A stretch of 64,000 nucleotides of DNA from Candidatus Cloacimonadales bacterium. GTDB taxonomy: Bacteria > Cloacimonadota > Cloacimonadia > Cloacimonadales > DAONDQ01. The position numbers were made by a program, and so were the translations under genes. The DNA lies in contig OY759316.1 in assembly GCA_963662275.1 (NCBI GenBank), positions 3,712,001 to 3,776,000 of the forward strand, written 5' to 3'. This document shows positions 28,086-38,686 of the stretch, piece by piece. The stretch's first letter is position 1. Every line of letters starts with the position of its first letter. The notes under the pieces are model-generated. The model ran no database searches. It was not told the DNA's origin and saw only the letters and a list, made by a program, of their open reading frames with translations.

Positions 28086-30451
28086 ATGACAAAGACATTG
28101 TTTTTAACACTGGCTTTTCTCGGTACAGGAATCCTCTGCGCCCTTACTCATTCAGTTAACCTGGACGGTTCTGCCCAGTATACTTCTATCCAGTCCGCAA
28201 TAAACGCATCAGTAGATAATGACACAGTGTTGGTCTATCCCGGTCGGTATTTGGAAAACATTACAATCCTGAATAAAAGAATTATACTGTGTTCCAAAGA
28301 AATGACGACAGGCAATCCCGTTTATATAGGGCAAACCATCATAGACGGTCGGAGATTAGGCAGTTGCATCAAAGTATCTGGAACTGGCTCCAATGGACTG
28401 GCATCAATAATTAGAGGATTCACAATCACGAATGGACAGGGAAGTATGGGTGAAAATGTATTCTATCCGGGGGGGGGGGCACAAATTGGTTATCATGCTA
28501 ATGTGGAGTTAGTTAATAATAGAATTTCTGATAATCGATCTGATGTGGGTGGTGGAATCTATTTATCATCTGGTTCAATAAGTTTGCAGGGAAATAGCAT
28601 CCATAATAATATTGCTTCTGTTATGGGAGGTGGAATATATATTGGTTATGATTCTATTGTTAATTTCAATGCAACTAATCGATGTAATTTCTATAGCAAT
28701 TATTGTGGTCAGGGATCTGATATTTTGTTTGATAATTTTCAAATAACACCTACTATTTATGCAGATACTATATCTGTTTTCACTACATCTACATATTACA
28801 TTAGAAATGATCATGGATTTTACGAAGTTCCTTCTCAGCCTATTATTTTTGCAAATCATGCATATATAACAGAAATCAACCATGATTTATTTGTTTCCCC
28901 TGATGGAAATGATGCTAATGACGGTTTAACTTCTGCAAGTCCATTACGAGCAATTGCCATAGCATTACAAAGAATAGCTTCAGACAGCCTCAATCCCAAA
29001 ACAGTATATCTTGCACCTGGCGAATACCGTCAATCAGAAGGTCAGATTTTTCCGATACAATTAAAAGCATATGTTAATTTCGTAGGGAGTGGTCAGGAAG
29101 ATACACGATTAATCTTAGATGATCCTATTTTCCCTGCAAGTGGAATTGTTGGTAGAGTTATTCAAAATATTGAACTTCGTGAATTTACTTTAAATGGAAC
29201 AAATGTTCAGGGTAATTTTGGCATATTTTTAGCTCCTGAGATTGTAACTGCCAGGGTTCTGATTGATAAAATCTCTCTGGAATATATAAACAGTTTACAT
29301 ATTAATTCAAACGAACCATCATTAGGTATTTTCCAATGTCGCAATGTTATTATTCAGCGTTCTGTTTTTAGAAACAACAGATCTAGTGGTGTAGCAGGAA
29401 TTAGGCTAAATGGTTCTTCCGGTTTAATAGAAGATTGTACTTTTAAAGATAATGTTGCTGATGATCTTTCTCATGAACTGGCACTTGGCTGTGACATTGG
29501 AGCTGAAGTTACTGGTAATTTACAGATTCGAAATTGCATTTTTTCCGGTGGGCAGACCACATTCAATAATCCCGAATCATTGCATGGTATAGTTAGCATA
29601 GAAAGTAAAACCGGAACAGATACTCATATAGAAATTGATAACTGTTTGTTCACTGATAGCCATGCAATGGGTGGAGCTGCTTATACCTTAAGCTGTGAAA
29701 GTCCTGGTGAGATGAATTTAACAAACTGTACTTTTGCCAATAACACGTCACTGGAAACAGCAGCAGTCCTGAATGGTTATATCAATGTGAAGAACTGTAT
29801 ATTTAACAATCCGACAACACGTGAGATCATGCTTGGCTATCAGGGTGCATATGGGGTCGCTACAAATCTTCATATAGATTACAGTGATGTTAGAGGTGGT
29901 GCTGTTTTAATACCTTCTCCCCAATATTATACTTGGGGTGTGGGAAATACTACTTTAGACCCGCTCTTTGCCAGCACGAATCCGCTTGATGACGATTATC
30001 TGTATCTGACAGCTAATTCACCCTGCGTGGACACTGGCACACCGGATACCACAGGGCTTTTCCTTCCTCTTGCAGATTTAGCGGGTAATTACCGTATCTG
30101 GAATAACCGCGTTGATATGGGTTGCTATGAGTTTGGTTCTCCTACAGGGAATGAAGATGAGATACCCGCTGAAGTGGTTGCTACGAAGCTGTGCAATTAC
30201 CCAATCCGTTCAATCCGAGTACGACGATAAGTTTTCATATTCCTGTAAGCTCTCATGTGAGCCTGTCTGTATATAATATCAAAGGGCAGAAAGTAGCACA
30301 GTTGATCAATGAGAATATGCCATTGGGGCAGCATAGCATTGTATGGAATGGAAAAGATGATAATGGAAATGCCTGTTCCAGCGGAATATACTTCTGTTGC
30401 CTGGAAACGCAAGGACAGAGAATCACAAGGAAAACGATGCTGATGAAGTAA
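28086..30451 (+). CDS. Secreted beta-helix (pectin-lyase-like, DUF1565-like) protein with a FlgD/T9SS-like C-terminal domain; frameshift at ~30200
   Basis: Signal peptide, YTSIQSAIN, FVSPDGNDANDG, SPCVDTG...VDMGCYE; the NYP-NPFNP tail continues in another frame (30191-30451). Confidence 0.75.
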
Positions 30452-30492
30452 GGGAACAGGGAACAGGGAACAGTTCAGAGAAAGACTGTTCA

Positions 30493-31484
30493 TTGCGCTA
30501 ATTTCAATAACCTGAAGGATACTGCTGCCGGTCGGTAAGCGCTGTCTTTAGCTTGCGCTTTATCGGTAACCTGAAGAATACCACTACCAGTAGGTAAGCG
30601 CTGTCTTTAGCTTGCGCTTTATCGGTAACCTGAAGAATACCACTACCAGTAGGTAAGCGCTGTCTTTAGCTTGCGCTTGTTTATCTGTAACCTGAAGGAT
30701 ACTGCTGCCGGTCGGTAGGCGCTGTCTTTAGCTTGCGCTTTATCGGTAACCTGAAGAATACCACTACCAGTCGGTAGGCGCTGTCTTTAGCTTGCGCTTT
30801 ATCGGTAACCTGAAGAATACCACTACCAGTAGGTAAGCGCTGTCTTTAGCTTGCGCTTTATCGGTAACCTGAAGAATACCACTACCAGTAGGTAAGCGCT
30901 GTCTTTAGCTTGCGCTTGTTTATCGGTAACCTGAAGAATACCACTACCAGTAGGTAAGCGCTGTCTTTAGCTTGCGCTTTATCGGTAACCTGAAGAATAC
31001 CACTACCAGTAGGTAAGCGCTGTCTTTAGCTTGCGCTAATTTACCGTAACCTAAAGGATACCACTACCAGTAGGTAAGCGCTGTCTTTAGCTTGCGCTTT
31101 ATCGGTAACCTGAAGAATACCACTACCAGTCGGTAGGCGCTGTCTTTAGCTTGCGCTTTATCGGTAACCTGAAGAATACCACTACCAGTAGGTAAGCGCT
31201 GTCTTTAGCTTGCGCTTTATCGGTAATCTGAAGAATACCACTACCAGTAGGTAAGCGCTGTCTTTAGCTTGTGCTTTATCGGTAACCTGAAGAATACCAC
31301 TACCAGTAGGTAAGCGCTGTCTTTAGCTTGTGCTCATTTACAGTAACCTGAAGGATACCACTACCAGTAGGTAAGCGCTGTCTTTAGCTTGCGCTTTATC
31401 GGTAACCTGAAGAATACCACTACCAGTAGGTAAGCGCTGTCTTTAGCTTGCGCTATTTTCGTAACCTGAAGGATACTGCTGCCG
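30493..31484. repeat. Tandem array of a 59-62 bp palindromic unit, 16 full copies plus partial ends
   Basis: TAACCTGAAGAATACCACTACCAGTAGGTAAGCGCTGTCTTTAGCTTGCGCTTTATCGG; units start at 30508, 30567, 30626, 30688 ... 31403, 31462; no unique spacers. Confidence 0.95.
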
Positions 31485-31621
31485 AGTGTTAAGTCATAAT
31501 TCAGGTGAGAATTCCATAGTTGAATAGCAATAAGATTTATAGCGTTGTCTATACAAGTATCAAACGATAACATATAAACCAGTTTATGCAAAGCATCAGT
31601 TATAAAGATTTTACATAATTT

Positions 31622-33267
31622 CAGGCATCCCCCCGTAATTTTCTTAACAATTAGTTTAGAAGCGTTTATAGTAACAGTCAAACGTTTTGCCGACTTTGAA
31701 AATCTGTTTAACATCACTGGTTGGTCAAAACTCCTAAACAGAAACTAGTGCAATTTGTAATTTACGGTAAACAGAAGAGTTGTGTTTTCACGGTAAAAGC
31801 AAAAAGCAGGTATTTTAATAAAACTTATAAAATTATGTGAGAAAATAAGATAACTATATAGAATGTCCATAATAAAACTGTACAAAAAAAGTGTCTCCGA
31901 TCTTTTGTTCAAGCACTAAACCAAACCTAAGAAGGAGACACCCATGATTAATAAGAAGCAAATCAAAACCAGAGAAACCTTGCAAGTAAAATTGTTACAA
32001 TTTCTGAATAATTTTAGAGAAACGCAATCTCTACCTGTGTATAAGTTCATACAGGATATCTGCTTAGGGATACTGAAAAGTAAATCTGTAATTATGCTCC
32101 AAATAGCGAAACAGCTAAATGAACCAATCACGGTTAAAAAGCTCTGCGAACGTTTCACCCGACATTTGAATAAGAAGCCCTTAGGAGATAAGCTGCAAGC
32201 GGAAATAATTAGGCATCAGTGCCAGGGTTTTGATGATGAGACAGGCATCATAGTTGATGAAAGTGATATCGTAAAAACCAAAGCCAAAAAGATGGAGGGA
32301 TTGCAGAAGGTGCGTGATGGCAGCACCGGCAGTCATGATCAGCAGGGCTATGCATTGCTGAATATAATTGCCTATCAGGCAGGCAGTACAGGCTATGAGA
32401 TAAAACCCATCAGTTCAGACCTGATAGCCCGAAACATGGAACTGGATAGCGTCTCTCAGATCATGGAAGACCGGCTAGTGGGGATTATTCTTGCAAGTGG
32501 TAACCGTGGAGTAACTATTTTCGACCGTGGCTTTGACAACCGAAATCTATTCAGCTTTCTGCATGAACATGGACTAAGCTATATCATCAGATCAACAGGT
32601 GAAAGAAGTCTTATCATGGATGGCTGCGAACAGAACTTCATGGCAGTGGCAAAGACAGTGAAACTCGATCATACATTCAATCTGCAAGAATCAGGACAAC
32701 AGATAAAATGTGGTTTAACGCGGGTGAAGCTGCGTTTGAATCCTTACCCTGTAAAATACCCTGATACTACAGATGCCTGGCTTATTGTTGCACAGTTCAG
32801 TCCCGATGCTAGTGGCAGACAGGGATATTTCTATTTCATCTGCGACTTTCCGACACAACCTTATCTGACGGAAAATGCTATCATGGAGAAGGTTTTGCGG
32901 ATGTATCGCATACGCTGGAAAATCGAAGAGGTCCATCGCCATATCAAGCAGGAATATGGTTGGGAAAAGATACAACTGAAATCATATACCCGTCTGAAAA
33001 ACATGAACCAGCTGCTTCTGCTAGCTATGTGCTACCTGTATTCTCTGAAAAAGTATGCTGGCGTATTTTTAGATGCCTTCCCAAATCTTATGAAATACTC
33101 AAATAAACAGTGGAAGCAGATATATGACTTTGTGTATTATCGTCTGTCAATGCTGATAGAGATGTGTTTTGCCACCGTGACAAGGTACAGGCTCAATCCT
33201 TTTGCAGGAAAATGGCTGGATAATCAGCAGCTAAAAATACCTGGTTTGAAAAACGGGGGGATGTGAG
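31622..33267 (+). mobile_element. IS4-family insertion sequence, 1646 bp
   Basis: Imperfect inverted repeats CAGGCATCCCCCCGT / ACGGGGGGATGTGAG; 13-bp target duplication TTTTACATAATTT at 31609-31621 and 33268-33280. Confidence 0.9.
31944..33266 (+). CDS. IS4-family DDE transposase
   Basis: IVDESDIVK, IFDRGFD, YRIRWKIEEVHRHIK (YREK-type motif); stop lies inside the right inverted repeat. Confidence 0.9.
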   Translation: MINKKQIKTRETLQVKLLQFLNNFRETQSLPVYKFIQDICLGILKSKSVIMLQIAKQLNEPITVKKLCERFTRHLNKKPLGDKLQAEIIRHQCQGFDDETGIIVDESDIVKTKAKKMEGLQKVRDGSTGSHDQQGYALLNIIAYQAGSTGYEIKPISSDLIARNMELDSVSQIMEDRLVGIILASGNRGVTIFDRGFDNRNLFSFLHEHGLSYIIRSTGERSLIMDGCEQNFMAVAKTVKLDHTFNLQESGQQIKCGLTRVKLRLNPYPVKYPDTTDAWLIVAQFSPDASGRQGYFYFICDFPTQPYLTENAIMEKVLRMYRIRWKIEEVHRHIKQEYGWEKIQLKSYTRLKNMNQLLLLAMCYLYSLKKYAGVFLDAFPNLMKYSNKQWKQIYDFVYYRLSMLIEMCFATVTRYRLNPFAGKWLDNQQLKIPGLKNGGM

Positions 33268-33567
33268 TTTTACATAATTTAGATTGACAAAAGGTCAAAA
33301 GTTGAAAACTTTGTACAAAATAAGTAATAGAATGTGATTGAAATTGAGAAAATTGAAATAAACGATATGAATGTCTTCAGCATGATTCATGAAATTGTGC
33401 TTCGAAATTCAGTCAAGAGACAGTAAAATTTATTGTTTTCTGTATTCTTTTCTTATAATGTCAGATAGAGATTTGGATTTATCAAGAGAGAAATCCAGGA
33501 AATGGAAAATCATAAACTAATTATTCTAGAGTCAAGACAAATAATAACTAAGGGTTAGGAGTTAAAA

Positions 33568-36500
33568 ATGAAAAGAACCTTGTTCGTAACCATGCTATTG
33601 TCTTTAGGCATATTGTTGTCATCCTTATGGGCAATACCTTTGTCTGAAGGGTTTGAAGGAACTGTTTGTCCACCAAATGGCTGGACAATGAGCTATGCAG
33701 ATCCTGCACCACCGGCTGATAATCTTATGATTATCACAGCCGAGGAGGCGCATACTGGCACAAATTCATTCAGTTTTTCGTCTTATGATTATGCTTCAAA
33801 CTTACAGTATGATCAGTATTTAGTCACACCTTTACTGAACACAACTGCCGGCAATACTACTTTCTCATTTTGGTATATGCCTACAGCAAATGCTGATGAA
33901 GTTTTTAAGGTTGGTTGGTCATCTACAGATAACAATGTAGCCAGCTTTACCTGGTCATCTGAAATTACTGCTGTTGGTGAAGCTGCTTGGGCACATTATG
34001 TGAAAGCAGATCTTCCTATTGGAACAAAATATGTAGCAATTCACTATTACAGTACTTATCAATATTTCCTTTATGTTGATGATGTTCTTGGACCAAATAT
34101 TTCTGGCGGAGCCATTACGGGTGTAGTATCTGCTAATGAAACTCCACTTGCAGGCGCAACTGTAAGTCTTGATGAAGGAGCACTGACATCTACCACAGAT
34201 GCCAATGGTACTTATACTTTGAATATGGTTGGGCTTGGTGTACATTCTGTAACCGCTGCAAAGCTCGGTTATTCTTCAGTCACACATCAAGTTGAAGTCA
34301 CACAAGATAACACAACTACCCAAAACTTTGCGCTATCAACTCTAACTACTGTTACTGTTTCAGGACATGTCGTTACCAGTACAGAGCCAACAGTCGGTTT
34401 AGCGGGAGCTGTTGTTCATTTATCTGGTTATGCACCGTTTTCAGCAACAACAGATGTTTCTGGAAACTTCTCAATAACCGGTGTTTATATTAACCAAACT
34501 TATAATTATTCCGTATCCGCTGCCGGACACCCAACCCTCACAGGTACAGTGCCAGTTGCTGCAGTTGATTTAAATATGGGTACTTTGACAATTTCAGAAC
34601 CACTTTATCCAGCATCACAAGTTGTCGCAGCTGTAAGTGGAAATAATGTAGAAATTACTTGGGGTATTCCAGATCCCAGCGGTGTTGCTGTTACCGAAGG
34701 TTTTGAAGGAACATTCCCTCCTGCTGGATGGGTACATACCACTACAAATACTGGTGCTGCGAATACTTATGGTGTATATCCAACTTGGTGCGAATGTGGA
34801 ACCATTGCTTCAGATCCAGTAAACGAACCACATGGTGGTGTTGGTCATGTCGGTCTTTGGTGGTCAATGGCACATCAAGACGAATGGCTTATCACCCCTG
34901 AATTTATGTGTCCAGAGTCTGGAAATCTGAACTTCTGGTCATACTGTTACCAGGGCTCCACTCATTTAGATCATTATTATGTGAAAGTATCCACAGACAA
35001 CGGCGCTACGTGGACAGTTTTGTGGGATGCTACAGCACTACCTCCTTCGTATGACGACGAAGGTTATAATCTTCCAAACCCTTATGATACACCCTATGAT
35101 GTTTCATTGGCAGCATACTCTGGTCAGCAGATCAAGCTTGCTTATCAAGGTGTGGATGGTGATGGATTAGGACTTTGGTTTATCTGGTTCATTGATGATA
35201 TCACTATTGCTGGCTCAGATGCAGTAATCAGTTTCAGTGCAAGTGATTTAGAACATAGAAGTGCAAACGTACAAGCACAACAAGCACCAGTTACAATCGA
35301 TCCTAACATGCCTACCAGGATGACAAGGAATCCTAATAATCATGCAGTCCCAGTGGTGACAAGAAACGAGAGTCGTCCTGTTTTAGGATATATGATTTCT
35401 CGCTTACATGTTGGAGAAGAAGCGAATCCAGGTGTATGGACAGCTCTTACTACTTCATCAACGGCAAATCTGAACTATTCTGATACAGATTGGACAACAT
35501 TACCTCTTGGAGATTATAAATGGGCAGTCAGAGCTCAATATACTGGAGAGATACTTGCTCCAGCAGCTTTCTCTAATCATATTCAGAAAGTTATTTCAGG
35601 TACTTTATCAGGTGTTGTTACAAGTGCTGCTGTAGAAAACCCTCCGATTGAAGGCGCAACAATTACTGCTGGTGAGATTACAACTACAACAAATGCTAGT
35701 GGCGCATACACAATGACAGTTCCTGTTGGAAACTATACAGTAACCTGTTCAGCTACCAATTTCTTAACGGGAACGGAAACCAACGTTGTTGTTCTTGCTG
35801 ATCCTGCAATAACCACTCTTAATTTCCAGTTGGGACAATCCCAGATTATCTTTACAGATAGTTTCGAAACCTATCCTGATTTCGCAACTTCATTCCCACC
35901 ATGGACAACGAATGATGTTGATGGGTCAGTGACATGGAATATTGGCACACTTACTTTCCCTGGCACAGGTGAACCTTCTGCTTTCAGAGTCTTCAATCCT
36001 ACTACAACTACTCCAGCTATTACTACCGGAGCGGCTGCACATACAGGTACAAAGTACGTTGTCAGTTTTGCTGACTATATGCCACCCGATGGAAATGGAC
36101 CGAACAATGACTGGATGATCACTCCTCGGATTCACGTTGGTGCTACAGGTCAATTCTCGTTCTGGGCAAGAACATATGTTGCTACTTATGGTCTTGAACG
36201 CTTCAAGGTTGGAGTATCCACTACCGGTGTTCTTCCTATTGATTTCACATACATAAGTGGTGATACTTATATTGAAGCTCCTATTGGCTGGACACAATAT
36301 TCATTTGACTTGGCTGCCTATGCTAACCAATCAATCAATATCGGAATCAACTGTGTTTCCAATGATGCATTCCTTTTCTTCCTCGATGATGTATCTATTG
36401 ATTCTCCTGGCGGAGTAGCCAACGATGATCAAATTAATGTACCAATGTTAACAACTTTGGGTGAAAATTATCCTAACCCATTCAACCCGACAACAAGCAT

Positions 36501-36723
36501 TAAGTATTCTGTTTTGAAGACGACTCCTGTTTCTCTTACAATCTACAATGTAAAGGGACAGAAAGTGAAAACCTTAGTGAATGAAGTTGTAAATGCCGGT
36601 AACTATACTGTTGCTTGGAATGGTGTTGATGATAACAATAGAAGCGTATCAAGCGGTGTTTATTTCTATAAGATGAACGCTGGTCAGTACAGCTCTACAA
36701 AGAAAATGATCCTGATGAAATAA
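33568..36723 (+). CDS. Secreted multidomain protein with cleaved-adhesin/choice-of-anchor J-like domains, carboxypeptidase-regulatory-like repeats and a FlgD/T9SS-like C-terminal domain
   Basis: Signal peptide; EGFEGT.PP.GW...EWLITP modules x3; LAGATV...TTDANG.Y repeats; NYPNPFNP...SSGVYFYKM...KKMILMK tail. Confidence 0.8.
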   Translation: MKRTLFVTMLLSLGILLSSLWAIPLSEGFEGTVCPPNGWTMSYADPAPPADNLMIITAEEAHTGTNSFSFSSYDYASNLQYDQYLVTPLLNTTAGNTTFSFWYMPTANADEVFKVGWSSTDNNVASFTWSSEITAVGEAAWAHYVKADLPIGTKYVAIHYYSTYQYFLYVDDVLGPNISGGAITGVVSANETPLAGATVSLDEGALTSTTDANGTYTLNMVGLGVHSVTAAKLGYSSVTHQVEVTQDNTTTQNFALSTLTTVTVSGHVVTSTEPTVGLAGAVVHLSGYAPFSATTDVSGNFSITGVYINQTYNYSVSAAGHPTLTGTVPVAAVDLNMGTLTISEPLYPASQVVAAVSGNNVEITWGIPDPSGVAVTEGFEGTFPPAGWVHTTTNTGAANTYGVYPTWCECGTIASDPVNEPHGGVGHVGLWWSMAHQDEWLITPEFMCPESGNLNFWSYCYQGSTHLDHYYVKVSTDNGATWTVLWDATALPPSYDDEGYNLPNPYDTPYDVSLAAYSGQQIKLAYQGVDGDGLGLWFIWFIDDITIAGSDAVISFSASDLEHRSANVQAQQAPVTIDPNMPTRMTRNPNNHAVPVVTRNESRPVLGYMISRLHVGEEANPGVWTALTTSSTANLNYSDTDWTTLPLGDYKWAVRAQYTGEILAPAAFSNHIQKVISGTLSGVVTSAAVENPPIEGATITAGEITTTTNASGAYTMTVPVGNYTVTCSATNFLTGTETNVVVLADPAITTLNFQLGQSQIIFTDSFETYPDFATSFPPWTTNDVDGSVTWNIGTLTFPGTGEPSAFRVFNPTTTTPAITTGAAAHTGTKYVVSFADYMPPDGNGPNNDWMITPRIHVGATGQFSFWARTYVATYGLERFKVGVSTTGVLPIDFTYISGDTYIEAPIGWTQYSFDLAAYANQSINIGINCVSNDAFLFFLDDVSIDSPGGVANDDQINVPMLTTLGENYPNPFNPTTSIKYSVLKTTPVSLTIYNVKGQKVKTLVNEVVNAGNYTVAWNGVDDNNRSVSSGVYFYKMNAGQYSSTKKMILMK

Positions 36724-36760
36724 GGATTTTTAGGTTAAATAACTTAAAAATACTATAATA

Positions 36761-36795
36761 GAAAAACCCCGGTACATACCGGGGTTTTTCTTTTC
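36761..36795 (+). terminator. Rho-independent terminator
   Basis: GAAAAACCCCGGTAcaTACCGGGGTTTTTC followed by a T-run, 38 bp after the stop. Confidence 0.85.
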
Positions 36796-36860
36796 ATTGG
36801 TACAAACTATATATCCAGCTTATTATGTATAATATCTATTATGAAATATAAGGAGGAAAT

Positions 36861-37367
36861 ATGGCTACTGTTACATTACATGGATTACCTATGCATACGG
36901 TTGGAGATTTGCCAAGAATTGGAACTCAAGCACCTGAATTCATTCTGACGAAGAAAGACCTGACAGACACCAGATTATCGGATTATAAAGGACACAAAGT
37001 GCTTCTTAATATCTTTCCAAGTATTGATACGGGAATCTGTGCGATGAGCGTCAGACGATTCAATTCTGAAGCTGTAAATCTTGGAGATACCCGAGTATTA
37101 TGTATTTCACGTGACCTTCCCTTTGCTCATGCACGTTTTTGTGGTGCAGAGGGAATCGACAAAGTAGAATCTTTATCCATTCTGCGTGACTTGAATTTTG
37201 GCGTTGATTATGGAACTGCTTTAAAAGATGGTCCAATGGCTGGTCTGATGGCACGGGTTGTGATGATACTAGATGAAAACGGTATTGTGCAATATGTGCA
37301 GATTGTTCCCGAAATTGGGCAAGAACCTAATTATGAAGATGCTATACTAGCTTTAAAGCGGGACTAG
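36861..37367 (+). CDS. tpx: Thiol peroxidase (atypical 2-Cys peroxiredoxin)
   Basis: NIFPSIDTGIC, SRDLPFAHARFCGAEG, EPNYE. Confidence 0.95.
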   Translation: MATVTLHGLPMHTVGDLPRIGTQAPEFILTKKDLTDTRLSDYKGHKVLLNIFPSIDTGICAMSVRRFNSEAVNLGDTRVLCISRDLPFAHARFCGAEGIDKVESLSILRDLNFGVDYGTALKDGPMAGLMARVVMILDENGIVQYVQIVPEIGQEPNYEDAILALKRD

Positions 37368-37813
37368 GATTCATTCTTTAATTGACGATCTGTGTCACGT
37401 TGCCTGTCTCTTTCGTGCAGACTTTCGCGCTTGTCGAAACTTCTTTTTCCTTTGGCAAGCGCTATTTTTATCTTACATCTTCCTTGCTCATTAATAAAGA
37501 TTTCTATAGGTACAATTGTCATTCCTTGCTCAGCAACCTTAGATGCAATTCTCATAATTTCCCTATGATGTAACAGGAGTTTACGTTTACGCGTAGCATT
37601 ATGATTAAAAATATTTCCCTTTTCATAAGGACTGATATGCAAGCTATAGAGCCAAAGCTCACCATTATCGACTTTACCGAAACTATCCAGGAAATTCACT
37701 TTCCCTTCCCTGATAGATTTTATCTCCGTTCCCATCAGAACGATCCCAGCTTCATAAACTTGAATAAAAGTATATTCGTGACTGGCTTTACGATTTTTAT
37801 AAGAATTTGACAT
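37364..37813 (-). CDS. smpB: SsrA-binding protein
   Basis: NRKASHEY, EAGIVLMGTEIKSIR, RKLLLH, GKRSFDKR. Confidence 0.96.
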   Translation of the reverse strand: MSNSYKNRKASHEYTFIQVYEAGIVLMGTEIKSIREGKVNFLDSFGKVDNGELWLYSLHISPYEKGNIFNHNATRKRKLLLHHREIMRIASKVAEQGMTIVPIEIFINEQGRCKIKIALAKGKRSFDKRESLHERDRQRDTDRQLKNES

Positions 37814-37872
37814 TATATCCTCTTGAAGTAAACATCAATATCGGCATAGCAGAGTCAACGGATTTTTCAATA

Positions 37873-38565
37873 TTATTTGAACAGAATCACTTCTCCATCA
37901 GGGATTTTCTTCATCCTTCCCTCATCATTGATATCCCTAACTAATCCTGCTTCAATAGAACCGGAATCAGTATAGCCTCTTTTCTCCCAAAAACCAGGAA
38001 CGTAATGATCCATTAACTCAATTTTAACAACACATTTAGCTGATTTATAACCCCAGAGATATGGACAAAAGACGCGCACCGGTCCGCCATAATCTTCACT
38101 GAGATATTCCTCATCGAATTTCCAGGCAAGTAAGGTTTTTGGCATTTCTGCTACAAGAATAGGAATGGAAGTATCATATTTCAAACCATATGACCAAAAT
38201 CGGATATATTTTACAGTGGTATCTGCCGCCACAGCATTCATGATATCTGACACGCGTATTCCTTCCCAATTCCCTCGAACCGACCACCGTGTGACACTTG
38301 TTAAGCGTCCATCTGCAATACTCAACGGTAAGAGTTGTAAATCCTGCCAAGTAAAGATTCGGGGAGTTTTACACAATCCCGTTACTTCTATTTTCCACTT
38401 CTCACGGTCAAGTGCACCTGGATGTCCTTCCGCCCAAAATATGGGAGTACCTAATTTTGCTAATTTCGTCATTGGCTTCTTAACCTCCTTGTTGATGCTT
38501 TTTGCTGAGCATGAAGACATACATATCACAAATAATACTAATGTGGAGATATTTAAGAGACGCAT
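37873..38565 (-). CDS. Molybdopterin-dependent oxidoreductase (sulfite oxidase/MsrP-like), putative lipoprotein
   Basis: WKIEVTGL, TSVTRWS...WEGI, YGGPVR..P.LWGYKSAK, GFWEKRGY. Confidence 0.8.
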   Translation of the reverse strand: MRLLNISTLVLFVICMSSCSAKSINKEVKKPMTKLAKLGTPIFWAEGHPGALDREKWKIEVTGLCKTPRIFTWQDLQLLPLSIADGRLTSVTRWSVRGNWEGIRVSDIMNAVAADTTVKYIRFWSYGLKYDTSIPILVAEMPKTLLAWKFDEEYLSEDYGGPVRVFCPYLWGYKSAKCVVKIELMDHYVPGFWEKRGYTDSGSIEAGLVRDINDEGRMKKIPDGEVILFK

Positions 38566-38686
38566 TCACTACCTCCTGAAAATTCTTTCTATAATTAAAT
38601 CTAACAAAGGCACTACTTTTAGCAAGGAATATTGAGAATTTATTGACATAATACTTATCACCAATGAAATCAGAATGAGGTTAATA

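Noticed and set aside
30493..31484. CRISPR array
   Set aside because: Units are near-identical along their whole length with no unique spacers, and no cas genes are in the window
31361..31717. 118-aa minus-strand ORF
   Set aside because: It spans the IS left end, intergenic DNA and the tandem repeat; no coherent protein features
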